Part shown: positions 1 to 10,189 of the stretch, piece by piece
Layout: each line of letters starts with the position of its first letter
Position numbering within the stretch: position 1 is the first letter of the stretch
Source: Somniosus microcephalus
Lineage: Eukaryota
Length of the DNA stretch: 64,000 nt
Direction of reading: 5' to 3'
NCBI GenBank assembly: GCA_052327205.1
Contig: CM126223.1
Coordinates: 51,336,001 to 51,400,000 of the forward strand
Program-made: the position numbers and the translations under genes
The notes under the pieces: model-generated
Seen by the model: only the letters and a program-made list of their open reading frames with translations
Database searches by the model: none
Told to the model about the DNA's origin: nothing

Positions 1-1060
1 CATTCCGGAGTATTCCACATTAATACATTCCATACAGTTGTGCTGGAATGCGATTTATCCCCATAAATGAAAAACAGAAATGCTTGAAACGCACGAAAAG
101 TGAATCTGCGTCGGAAAAAGAAAAGCAGGTTTCCATTTCAGGTTTTTGGGTTGTAAATACTCATGCTAGCATTTATATTCTTCTGTTTTATCCTTAGTTT
201 TCATAAACTGGTCAAAGTAGATTTCATAGAAGAATCACACAGAGACTCTGGTTGGAGTGGGGTTGATGGGCCATGGCCTTTTCTCACTCCAAGCTTTATG
301 TTCTTATTACTAGTTTCTTTAATATTTGTTGTTTACAGCTTTTTCGAACAAAGTTCCAGACCTAAACATTTACTCCGCTCGTGTACACGACCAATTCATG
401 CACACGCAGAGCAATATTCTTCAATTTGACAAAAGGATAGTAATTTCTTCTCTAGCCCACTATATTTTACTGAAAACTCCCAAGCCCTCTGGCCTTTCAC
501 TGAACTGGGTCAAATAGATCCATGTTGCTGGATGAGCAGAAGTATTGACAAGTTGTAAGTGAGTGGAAGTATTGACCAGTGTGAAATCAGTCAAGTACAG
601 TTACGTCGTCACGGTGTAGTGTCTGCTTCCTATGTGTGCAACAATGCAGACAGTTATTGCTACACATCTAGCAACGTGGTGTACCACATCCAGGACAAGA
701 AAGGCCAATGGTTGCTGTTGGGGGGGGGGGGGGAAAACATACAAGTTAAAATCCTCCCCCACACACATCTACAACCAACTACGCCTGCAAAAGCCGTTCA
801 TTTTGTTACAAAAAGGGAACCTCAACAAAACAAAATGGGATTCCTAAAATAGCCCTTCCAACTGTTCCAAACAAATCAAAATCAATGACCAGGGCTACAA
901 ACATTTTCAAATAAAGTTTTACACTATTTTTTGTTTAAACGATGCATGTTGCTAATCGCTTCCAGGCATACTGGTTCAGTGGAGTTATTGAATTCAATAG
1001 TGTAACAGATCTTAACATGTAAAAACAGCGGCATCTGAAGTACGCCATGTTAATGACAAA

Positions 1061-1170
1061 CCTACATTACAACAGTGACTACACTTCAAAAGTACTTCAT
1101 TGGCTGTAAAGTGTTTTGGGACGTCCTGAAGTCGTGAAAGACGCTATATAAATGCAAGTCTTTCTTTCTC
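1061..1170 (+). mobile_element. SacSINE1-like SINE 3' fragment
   Basis: The sequence CCTACATTACAACAGTGACTACACTTCAAAAGTACTTCATTGGCTGTAAAG...ATGCAAGTCTTTC matches the 3' part of the full copies. Confidence 0.85.
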
Positions 1171-1224
1171 TGCTGATTATAAGGGAGCTGAATTACTGAG
1201 TAGGGCTCATATCAATGACTTGAT

Positions 1225-2495
1225 TCAGAAACTCAATGTCAAAATTTGCAGATGATGCCAAACCAGGAGGGGCAGTAGAATCGCTGGAGGCAACTCAGAA
1301 ATTACAAAAGGAGTTGAACAAAATATGTATGTGAGCCGAATAATGGCAGATGCAATTTAATGCAGACCAGCGTAAAGAATGTATGTAGGAAGGAAAAAAT
1401 GGACAACAAACGTACTCTATGAATGGTGTAGAAATAGCTGATGAATATTAGATGTCATAATAGACTCAATGCTGAATATGTTCAATAAATAAAGAGCAGC
1501 AAATCATCAAAGCCAACAGAATGTTTAACTATATAGCCAAAACAGTAGCAGCCAAAACAGTAGCGTACAAGTCTGAATAGTGGCGTCAGCTTGCCCCAAT
1601 GGTAGCACTCCCACCTCAGTCAAAATCGTGTGGTTTCAAGTCACATTCCAGCACTTTAACACATAATCTAGTCCGACAGGAGGGCAGTATTGGGGAAGTG
1701 TTTCTGACGAGACCTTAAATCAAGACCCAGCCTGCCTGCTCAGATGGATGTAAAGATCCCATGGCACTATTCAAAGAGGAGCAGCAGAGTATTCCTGGCG
1801 TACCGGGCAACATTTATCCCTCAACCATCACCACCAAAATAGATCATCTGATCATTTATCTAATTTCTGTTTAGCTGTCACCTACATAATTAATTACTTT
1901 TGAAGTGCAGTCATTGTCAACAGTGAAGTACTTTGGGATGCTCATAGAATGCGAAAGGTGCTACGTAAATACAACTTCTTTCTTTCATGATCCAACTATC
2001 GTGCTCTGATCAGAACCCATCTTGTGCCCAGTTTTGGATGCAAAGAAACAAAAGAGAAATTCAAGATTGAAGGCAGTGCAGAAAAGTCACAAGGCTCACC
2101 CCGTGTCAAAAGGTTTGAGTTAATTGAAAAAAGACTGGAGAAATTTGGGTATTTTCAGTCTGGAAAGGAAGTACCTGAGAAGTATATGAGGTAGTTAGAG
2201 AATGGAAAAGGTAAATCTGGAATATTACTTTAAACTAAATTGCAAAAGTAGGGCAATGGTACACAGGTTTAAATGAGCAAAGTAAATTTAAGACTGATAT
2301 CAGGAGGTTCTTCTCCACACAGATTGACACATGGAATAAGACTTCCAGATAAGCATACTGGAGGCCAGATAAGAGTACTGGAGGTTAAATCATTTAAGAA
2401 ACTTAAATGGGGGGAAAGAGGAGACTCTGTAGAATCTTACTGGATGGATGAATCAAGATGGGCCAAAAGGCCTTGTTCATCTGGAATTATTTTGT
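1225..2495 (+). mobile_element. Old, degraded CR1 LINE 3' part, interrupted by a SINE at ~1583-1986
   Basis: AAATTTGCAGATGATGCCAAA (KFADDAK) lies at ~1242. CR1-type sequence resumes after the SINE (CCCAGTTTTGG, GGAAAGGAAG) and ends in GATGGGCCAAAAGGCCT. Confidence 0.75.
1583..1986 (+). mobile_element. SacSINE1/DeuSINE-like tRNA-derived SINE (degenerate), nested in CR1
   Basis: It is colinear with the copy at 43568 (GGTAGCACTC, TTCAAGTC, AAAGATCCCATGGCACTATT, CTTTGGGATG). Confidence 0.8.
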
Positions 2496-2785
2496 GATTT
2501 GGATATTGTAGTTGCACAGGAATAGAATATCTACAACGCTCCTGATGCCTCTCGCACAGATTGCATGAACAAGGGCTGAAACTCCCTAGAACCCGGGTTC
2601 TGAAGCAGAACTCGAGCCCTATTCCCAATAGAGGGTGCAGGCCTGTAGGGGTTGGGTAGTGAGCTCAATGGCAGGAGGAAACAGATCAAGCAAACTGGTC
2701 AGTCCTGAATGGTGTCAAGCTTGTGGAGTGTTGTTGCAGCTGGATGCATCCAGGCAAGTATTCTATCACACTCCTAACATGAGCC

Positions 2786-2915
2786 CAAGGGATATGGCGA
2801 TAGGGCCGGTGAATGGAGTTGAGGCAGAAGATCAGCCATGATCTCATTGAATGGCGGGGCAGGCTCGAAGGGCCGAATGGCCTACTCCTGCTCCCATTTC
2901 TTATTCTTATCTTAG
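2786..2915 (+). mobile_element. CR1-type 3' tail fragment
   Basis: GATCAGCCATGATCTCATTGAATGGCGGGGCAGGCTCGAAGGGCCGAATGGCCTACTCCTGCTCC is the reverse complement of the tails at 58369 and 61246. Confidence 0.8.
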
Positions 2916-3646
2916 TTCTGGCAAAGCCCGAATTGAGTGGGTTACTTATAAGTATCGCTTGATGGCACTTTTGATGATTGGGATTTTACTGATGGGGCAA
3001 TAATTGTCCAGGTTAGATTTGGCCTATTTTTTGTGTACAGGACATAGTCAGATAGATGCCAACATCATAGCTGAGCTGCACTGCAATTGCTTGGCTAGAG
3101 CAGCAGCTGTTCTGGCATCCAGGTTTTCAGCACTAGAGGACACAGCATATTTGAGAGCCAGTAACATTTTCTGTATATACTGTATTATTGACATTGCCAT
3201 TTGGCATCTGTAATTGGGAATGGAACACCAATCCTCTGAAGAGGGCTAAAGTGGGGATTTATTCCGCCCCCCCCCCCCACCCCCACGGAAATCCATGTTC
3301 TGCTGTTGTGTAAATATTAACTAGCTTTGTGAGGTTTTGTTTAATTAACACATTTTGGCCAATTTATGAATCAATAGTTTTTTCCACTTTTATTTTTTCC
3401 TCATCCTCTCAAAGAAGGTGACTCATTTTGGGGAGGGATATGTAGGTGCTCAGCCTCAGCAGGCTAATCAATCATGGATTTTTTTTAAAATGAGGATTCA
3501 TAGCTGTGCTTGATCTCATGCTCACCTTGTTAACTCATGTTAACTTTCCAGCAGGAAGAGGTATTAGGATCGGGTTAATACTTGCTTTTATTTTCCTCTT
3601 CTCAGCCCGTGAATACAGAGCCCAGTTCTTTGACTGCACCCCTGGC

Positions 3647-4339
3647 GACCGAGGCGGTCCGGAGGTATGCGCTCTCCCTGCTTCGGACGGCCCGCTTCCC
3701 CGCCGCGATGTGTTCGGCGAGTCGGGCAGAGGCAGCGCAGCAGCAACAAGCAGCAGCAGCAGCCACGACGACCCGCTACAGCACGTCGGCCGGCAGCTCC
3801 TCGGCGGGAAGCTCGTATTCCGACTGGGAGGGGGGGGGGGGAGAGCCGGGCATGGCGGCCAGAGGCCGGAGCGTGAGTGGGAGAAGCAGGCCCCAGGCCG
3901 GCGGACTGTGGAGCCGGCGACAGTGAGGAGGAGGAGGCCGCGACGACCGGAGCTTATACATCTCGACGACGTGTTCGGCGAGTTGGGCGGAGGCAGCGCA
4001 GCAGCTACGACGCCTCGCTACAGCACGTCGGCTGGCAGCTCCTCGGCAGGAAGCTCGCATTCCGACTGGGAGGAGGGAGAACCAGGCATGGTGGCCAGAG
4101 GCCGGACCGTGAGAAGCAGGCCACCACATCGTGGAGCCGGCAACAGTGAGGAGGGGGCCGCGGTGACAGAGCAGCTGAGGGACATCGCTGTCATTGGATG
4201 CCATTGAATTGACTCTTCTGAACATGGCGCTGGAGAATAGCGACGTGTCTGTGAGCTCCCACAGCTTATTGTGGGAGTGATCGGGGAGTAAGCATTCCAT
4301 TGTACTAGTTACATATGGCAAATAAAATTGAAATTGAAT
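3647..4339 (+). mobile_element. Unclassified CpG-rich retro-insertion with internal ~261-bp duplication and AATAAA-(ATTGA)n tail
   Basis: This abrupt GC-rich block has repeat units starting at 3707 and 3968 and ends GGCAAATAAAATTGAAATTGAAT. It is flanked by TGGC (3643-3646, 4340-4343) and interrupts an older SINE. Confidence 0.65.
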
Positions 4340-4555
4340 TGGCTGAGAGCAGCTGGCCAACTACAGACCTGAGATTTTCCTAGTCTATATGCTTCAGTAT
4401 CCCATTGAGCCACTGTGAGCCCATCAGTAGTACAGTTGCTCAGAAAATGCAAATTTACTTTCATTAACTAGTAACACAAGTCCCTGCCCAATAGTGAGTG
4501 AGTTTTCCGATTTTAGAACCCATTATTTTGGAGCCTCGACCAGAAAATACACTAA

Positions 4556-4910
4556 TTCCCCTGATGGCTCAGTGAGTAAATGTAATGATTGCTGTGATAC
4601 TGAGCCAAAAAGATCAGGAAGGTCATGGGTTTGATCCCTGGTCTGAGTTCACTGAGCTCAGTTGAGGCAAGTATAACTAGAACTGACTTTCAATCCTGGA
4701 TAGGGGAAAGGAGGAAAATCAACCAGTGTTCGCAATATTCAGTGACACGAGTGTATCTATTGAGAGCAAGATTTAGCTTCAATGATGATGCACCTAAAAT
4801 GATCTACCCGAGGGATATTGTCTCGGCTCGCACATGAGGACTGGCCAGTATTGGAGAGCTGCTGGTGCCCATGGAACTATATGCCAGCATGAGTTGCTAT
4901 CTGAAAGAAA
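4556..4910 (+). mobile_element. Second, older tRNA-headed SINE family (unclassified)
   Basis: The head CCCTGATGGCTCAGTGAGTAAATG...GGTTTGATCCCTGGTCTG carries A/B-box-like motifs. The body is shared with 50490-50810, 51945-52285 and 57285-57520. Confidence 0.6.
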
Positions 4911-6747
4911 GATGTGGTAGCTTATTATTGCCGTACTATTTATAGCAGGAATCTTAACCCAGACAAGCTGAAATTCACTTCTGTTCCAAATGTTTTAATA
5001 CATTTATGATGACCAGGCTTAAAATAGGCAAATATAAATGAAGCTAGATTTATTAGTTTACAGAAGTATGTGGCTATGCTTGATCCTTGCACCTGCGCCT
5101 TTACCCCCCGAGGAGGAGGAGGAGGAGGGAGTAGAATCCTGACCTCAAAATTAAAAGATCACCAGTTATTAGCTCTAGGTAAAATTGCTGCAATCTTAAA
5201 AGTCCCAATAAAGCATTTGAACACTCTATTTTTGGGGGTTAAAGTGCTTATGCTTCAGTCCCAACTTGGTCAATAGCCAAATTTTATTTTTTTTGCAATC
5301 TTGACAGCTCTGGCCTTTATGCATTAAAGTGTAATCATTCAATTTGCATGCTCAAGTGGATTGTACAATCCTTTTGTAACTGTACAAGAGAGAGGAGCAG
5401 TGGTCATAAGTGATGACATTTAGCTTGTATTGCAGACAGTTCGAAATTAGATCTGCTAAAGTGCTGGATAAACTCAGGAGACTTGAGTAGCTTGGGCACA
5501 TGATACCCCCTGGAATAACGTGTTCCAGAGGCGGCCGCCGGGAGATAAAATTAGCACTTTAGGCCACAGCAGTTCTTCAAGGCCAACAGTGCATTTGTTT
5601 TTTTCCCCTCAGAGAAGTCTCAAAAGTGGTGGGAGAGGGAGGTATGAGCAAGCTGTGGTGAAAATTCAGTTTTTCAATCATTGTGCTAATAAAAGCAATT
5701 TGTCAATTACCATCTCAAGGGAATTTGATGAATTGGCACTTTTCAGTGAATGCAATGTACTTCTCATTTTGCATTGCAGACTGTTTTCAAATTACTGGCA
5801 CATACTAGGAAATGGTGGACCACAGAAATACGGTTTCTTGTTGCTGCTCAACTGTTAGTGGAACAACATGCTGACATATGTTTCACCAGCACAAGCTGGA
5901 ATAATGCCAATAAATTGATTTCACTGAATTATGTATTGTCCTGCTTTTATTAGGGTTAGTAAATGCTTTTGGGAGGTAGTATAGCAGTACAGTATGACAA
6001 AATAGCACTGATTTTTTTATTGTGCATATTGCTTGAATTTTTCTCCAGTCAACTTAATTTTTTTCTTCCTCCCCACCCCCAACGCCTCTTGCTTGCCGTA
6101 CTCGGTGAAAGTGCAAGTAGGTGACTTACTCCCTGATTACAGCCTAAGCTACATTTTAACCCAACTGCAAGAGGTGCAGTTATACTGCTACTTTTTGTTG
6201 CCGTGAATAAATTTCGGAACAACGCAAAAATGACAGGATCATTCTCCAGTCCCAATCAGACAAGACTTCAGTGATGCAATGCTGTGTTGAGCTGCAAAAA
6301 GTACTTAAGCTTTGGTCATTTTCCAAGGCACTTATTAAACTGAAACAGAGTTGTGTATTTTCTTTTAAACATGGAAATTCACTACCATCTCGGAGCAGGG
6401 TTCTGCTTATGCATGCGGGCAAGCCGCTTAGAACACCCTAAGGTCATGAAAGGTGCCTAACAAGTGCAAATGTGTTTGTTTTCACATGCACACAGAAGGT
6501 CTCACCCACCACTTCACAGCTGACAGTCTAACACAGGTGTTGCAGGCTGCAAATTGTACTGACTGGTCTAACTCGTGGTCCAGTGTAACTGCAGCCCAGT
6601 AGCTGTACATGTACCATTGTTTTCTTTTATTAGGTTAAGCAGCAGAAGTACTTTATTGTTTTAATTTTAAATGGTCTATTTACAAGGGATCTGTATATAA
6701 ACTGGGTCTTTTGCGTGCGCCAGAGCGGTTCCACTTCTAATCCGAAA

Positions 6748-6869
6748 GACAGCACCTCCCACTCGCAGAGCGTCAGCTTAGATTACATGCTCAAATCCTG
6801 GAGTGGGGCTTGAACCTACAACCTTCTAAGTCAGAGGCAAGAGCACTACTGCTGTGCCAAGACTGGCAC
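6748..6869 (-). mobile_element. SacSINE1-like SINE 5' fragment
   Basis: CTGGAGTGGGGCTTGAACCTACAACCTTCT is the reverse complement of the tRNA-like head. Confidence 0.75.
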
Positions 6870-7488
6870 CTTGGAGGTTTTCCATCTCTCTCTTCATTGG
6901 AATAGATCTGGACAAGACTAGGAGTTCCAAAAGTAAGCACCTATCCTATATTATGTAGCACTATACCACCCCTACAGATCATAAATATTGTACAAACAGC
7001 AACTGATGAGGCCAACCTATTAAACTTTCAATGGTCAAGGCCACAGCAGCACTCAGTCAGCTCAAATTAAGCGAGGGACACACGGGAAACAGATAGCGGG
7101 GTTCTGAGTATACATAACCCACAGGAGTCAAGCTCAAAGGCTTCAATGTCATCCAAAGTGATGGTGTTCAAGCAAGTCCAAATCACTTGTGTATATGTAA
7201 TATATACATTTTATACTGGCTGTTGAGGAAAGTATATTAGAGCACAACTGGAAGTGTTACAAAATCTTATTTTTCAGCTCCATACTAGGAAATATAGTAC
7301 CTTTTATTACAGCAAATCATATTTTATAGCTAAACTTTTAGTTTTAGGTTTAGGTTTGTAGTCAGTTTCTTCAATTCTTGAATCTTTGGTAGAAATGCAC
7401 TAATATAGCAGCTGTTTAAATCAACAACCCCATTAGGTCTAAAAAAAAACATTTTAAATTAAAATTGACCAAAACGAGAAGGGGGATA

Positions 7489-8299
7489 TAACCCCTTCCC
7501 CTGGCACCTTCCCGTGCAAGCGCAGGAGATGCAACACATGCCCTTTTACCTCCACCCTTCCCAACACTCCTTCCAGGTGAAACAGCGATTTACTTGTACT
7601 TCTTGCAATTTAGCATACTGTATTCGCTGCTCACGATGCGGTCTCCTCTACATTGGGGAGACCAAACGCAGATTGGGTGACCAACTTGCAGAACACCTCC
7701 GTTCTGTCCATACAGGTGACCCGGAGCTTCCGGTCACCTGTCACTTTAATTCGCCGCTCCACTCAGACCTCACCGCCCTCGGCCTCTTGCACTGTTCCAA
7801 TGAAGCTCAACGTAAGCTCGAGGAACAGCACCTCATCTTTCGATTAGGCACTTTACAGCCTTCTGCACTTAACAGAGTTAAACAATTTCAGACCATAACC
7901 TCTGCCCCCATCCTTTTTTTCCCCCCCCTTTCTTTTTCTCTCTCCCACATGGCAGCTGTCTCTCCTTCTGCCAGTGCCATTTACATTTCATCTACAGCCA
8001 TCTTTTGTTTCTTAACTTGTCCCATTACCATCTCCTTTTGTCTTGCACCATCTCTTAATCTCTCCTGCCTTCCATCTTATCACAGACCTTCCCTTTTGTT
8101 CTTTCCTCCCCTCCCCCGTTTCCCTGCCCTTGCTTAAAAACCCTGTTCGATCTCCAGATTTTTCTACTTCTGACGAAGGGTCATTGACCTGAAATGTTAA
8201 CTGTTTCTCTCTCCACAGATGCTGCCTGACCTGAGTATTTCCAGCATTTTCTGTTTTTATTTCAGATTGCCAGCATCCGCAGTATTTTGCTTTTGTATT
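7489..8299 (+). mobile_element. Penelope-like retroelement, 5'-truncated (GIY-YIG endonuclease and terminus)
   Basis: ORF 7514-8137 contains LAYCIRCSRCGLLYIGETKRRLGDQLAEHLRSV (GIY-YIG with a CxxC insert). The element is flanked by the 8-bp direct repeat GGGGGATA (7481-7488 and 8300-8307). Confidence 0.9.
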
Positions 8300-9680
8300 G
8301 GGGGATAGAACATGTCCAGGGAATTATAGACCAGTCAGCTTAACATCGGTGGTAGGAAAAATAATGGAATCCCTACTAAAGTAGAAAATAAAAGATCTAG
8401 AAATCAAAAAGGAAGAGTCAGCATGGATTTCAAAAAAGGAAAGTCTTGCTTGACCAACCTCATGAATTTTTCTGAAGTAGTAAGAGAGAGAGAGAAGACA
8501 ATGCTAATGCAGTAGATGTAATTTATCTAGATTTTCAAAAGGCCTTCGATAAGGTACCCCATAGAAGACTGATGAACAAGGTCAGAGAGTGCAGAGTCAG
8601 GGGACAAGTAGCAGAATGGATAGCTAGCTGACTTCAAGACAGAAAGCAGAGGAGTAGGGGTAGCTATTCACAGTAGCAGAAGGTGGGTAGTGGTGTTCCA
8701 CAAGGATCAGTGCTGGGACCACTGTTCACAATTTAAAATTAACAATTTAGACTTTGGAATCAAAAACACAATTGTTAAATTTGCAGATGACACCAAATTG
8801 AGGGGATAGTCAATACGGAGGAGGACAGTAACAAATTACAGGAGGACATTAATAAACTTGCAGAATGGGCAAATAATTGGCAAATGAACTTCAACACAGA
8901 CAAATGCGAGGTATTACATTTTGGTAGGGAGAATAGGGAGGTCACGAGTCAAGGTGGCGTAGAGGAACAAAGGGATCTCCGAGTACAAATACACAAATCC
9001 CCAAAACACGGGTTATAGCAAGGTCATAAAAAAAGCAAACCAAGCACTAGGATTTATTTCTAGAGGGATAGAATTGAAAAGTAGGGAAGTTATGTTAAAC
9101 CTGTATCGAACCTTGGTTAGACCACACTTGGGAGTACTCTGTACAGTTCTGGTCACCAGAATATAAAAAGGATAGAGAGGCACTGGAGAGGGTGCAGAGA
9201 AGATTTACAAGGATGATACCAGAAATGCAAGGGTATACATATCAGGAAAGGATGAACAGGCTGGGTCTCTTCTCTTGAAAAAAGGCAGAGAGTGGTGACC
9301 TAATAGAGGTCTTTAAAATTATGAAAGGTTTTGATAGAGTGGATAGAGAGAGAATGTTTCCACTTGTGGGGAAGAGCAAAACTAGAGGCCATCAATAAGA
9401 TAATCACCAAGAAATCCAATAGGGAATTCAGAATAAACTTCTTTACCTAGAGAGTGGTGAGAATGTGGAACTCACTACCAAGGAGTGGTTGAAGTGAATA
9501 ATATAGATGCATTTAAGGGGAGGCTAGACAAGCATGAGGGAGAAGGGAATAGAAGGTTATGCTGATACATTTAGGAGGAGGAAAGACTGGAGGAGGCTCG
9601 AGTGGAGCATAAACGCTGGCATGAACCGGTTGGGCCAAATGGCCTGTTTCTGTGCCGTATATCTGATATAATCCTATGTA
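8300..9680 (+). mobile_element. CR1 LINE, 5'-truncated ORF2 RT and 3' UTR, frameshifted
   Basis: It encodes NYRPVSLTS, YLDFQKAFDKVPH, GVPQGSVLGP and KFADDTKL, and ends GGCCTGTTTCTGTGCCGTATAT...ATCCTATGTAA. Confidence 0.93.
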
Positions 9681-9980
9681 AAACAATACACAGCTGAAAA
9701 GTATTAAGAAATTTAAATAGAACATTCAATGAGAAATCCTGACCACCATAAGAACATTTTAGAATAAAAAAAGGCCACACCTATTATGAACCCACTCCAT
9801 TCAGAGTCCATGTACAATTATTCTATCGCAGAGTACCCTCCAACATCACCTGCGGCTCTCCTACATTAGGGGAATACTCATTTCTTTCCCTATTGGAAAA
9901 CAAAAATCAAGCTGTGGTGTTAACAGCTGTACAACCTTCAATCCCATTTTTCAATCCAACTTTTTTTTTTTTTTTAAAAG

Positions 9981-10189
9981 GCAAAAAGCAAAATACTGCA
10001 GATGCTGGAAATCTGAAATAAAAACAGAAAATGCTGGAAACACTCAGCAGGTCAGGCAGCATCTGTGTAGAGAGCGACAGAGTTAACATTTCAGGTTCTG
10101 ATGAAAGGTCATCGACCTGAATCGTTAACTCCGTTTCTCTCTCCACAGATGCTGCCTGACCTGAGTGTTTCCAGCATTGTGTTTTTATT
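9981..10189. mobile_element. Fold-back non-autonomous element built from inverted Penelope termini
   Basis: Arms 10017-10096 and 10115-10189 are near reverse complements, and both match the Penelope terminus at 8187-8295. Confidence 0.85.

Noticed and set aside
1535-1564. Short tandem duplications (also ~539-580, 41666-41703, 56082-56115, 62521-62542)
   Set aside because: These 11-29 bp local slippage duplications show no sign of function.
3506-4207. 233-aa ORF and overlapping ORFs as a protein-coding gene
   Set aside because: It starts at a GTG inside a decayed SINE and crosses the insertion boundary. The two repeat units are read in different frames, and long ORFs on both strands are expected from the GC content.
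8300-9680. Active LINE or domesticated RT gene (also 59011-60850 and 34886-36318)
   Set aside because: All are 5'-truncated and broken by frameshifts or stops.
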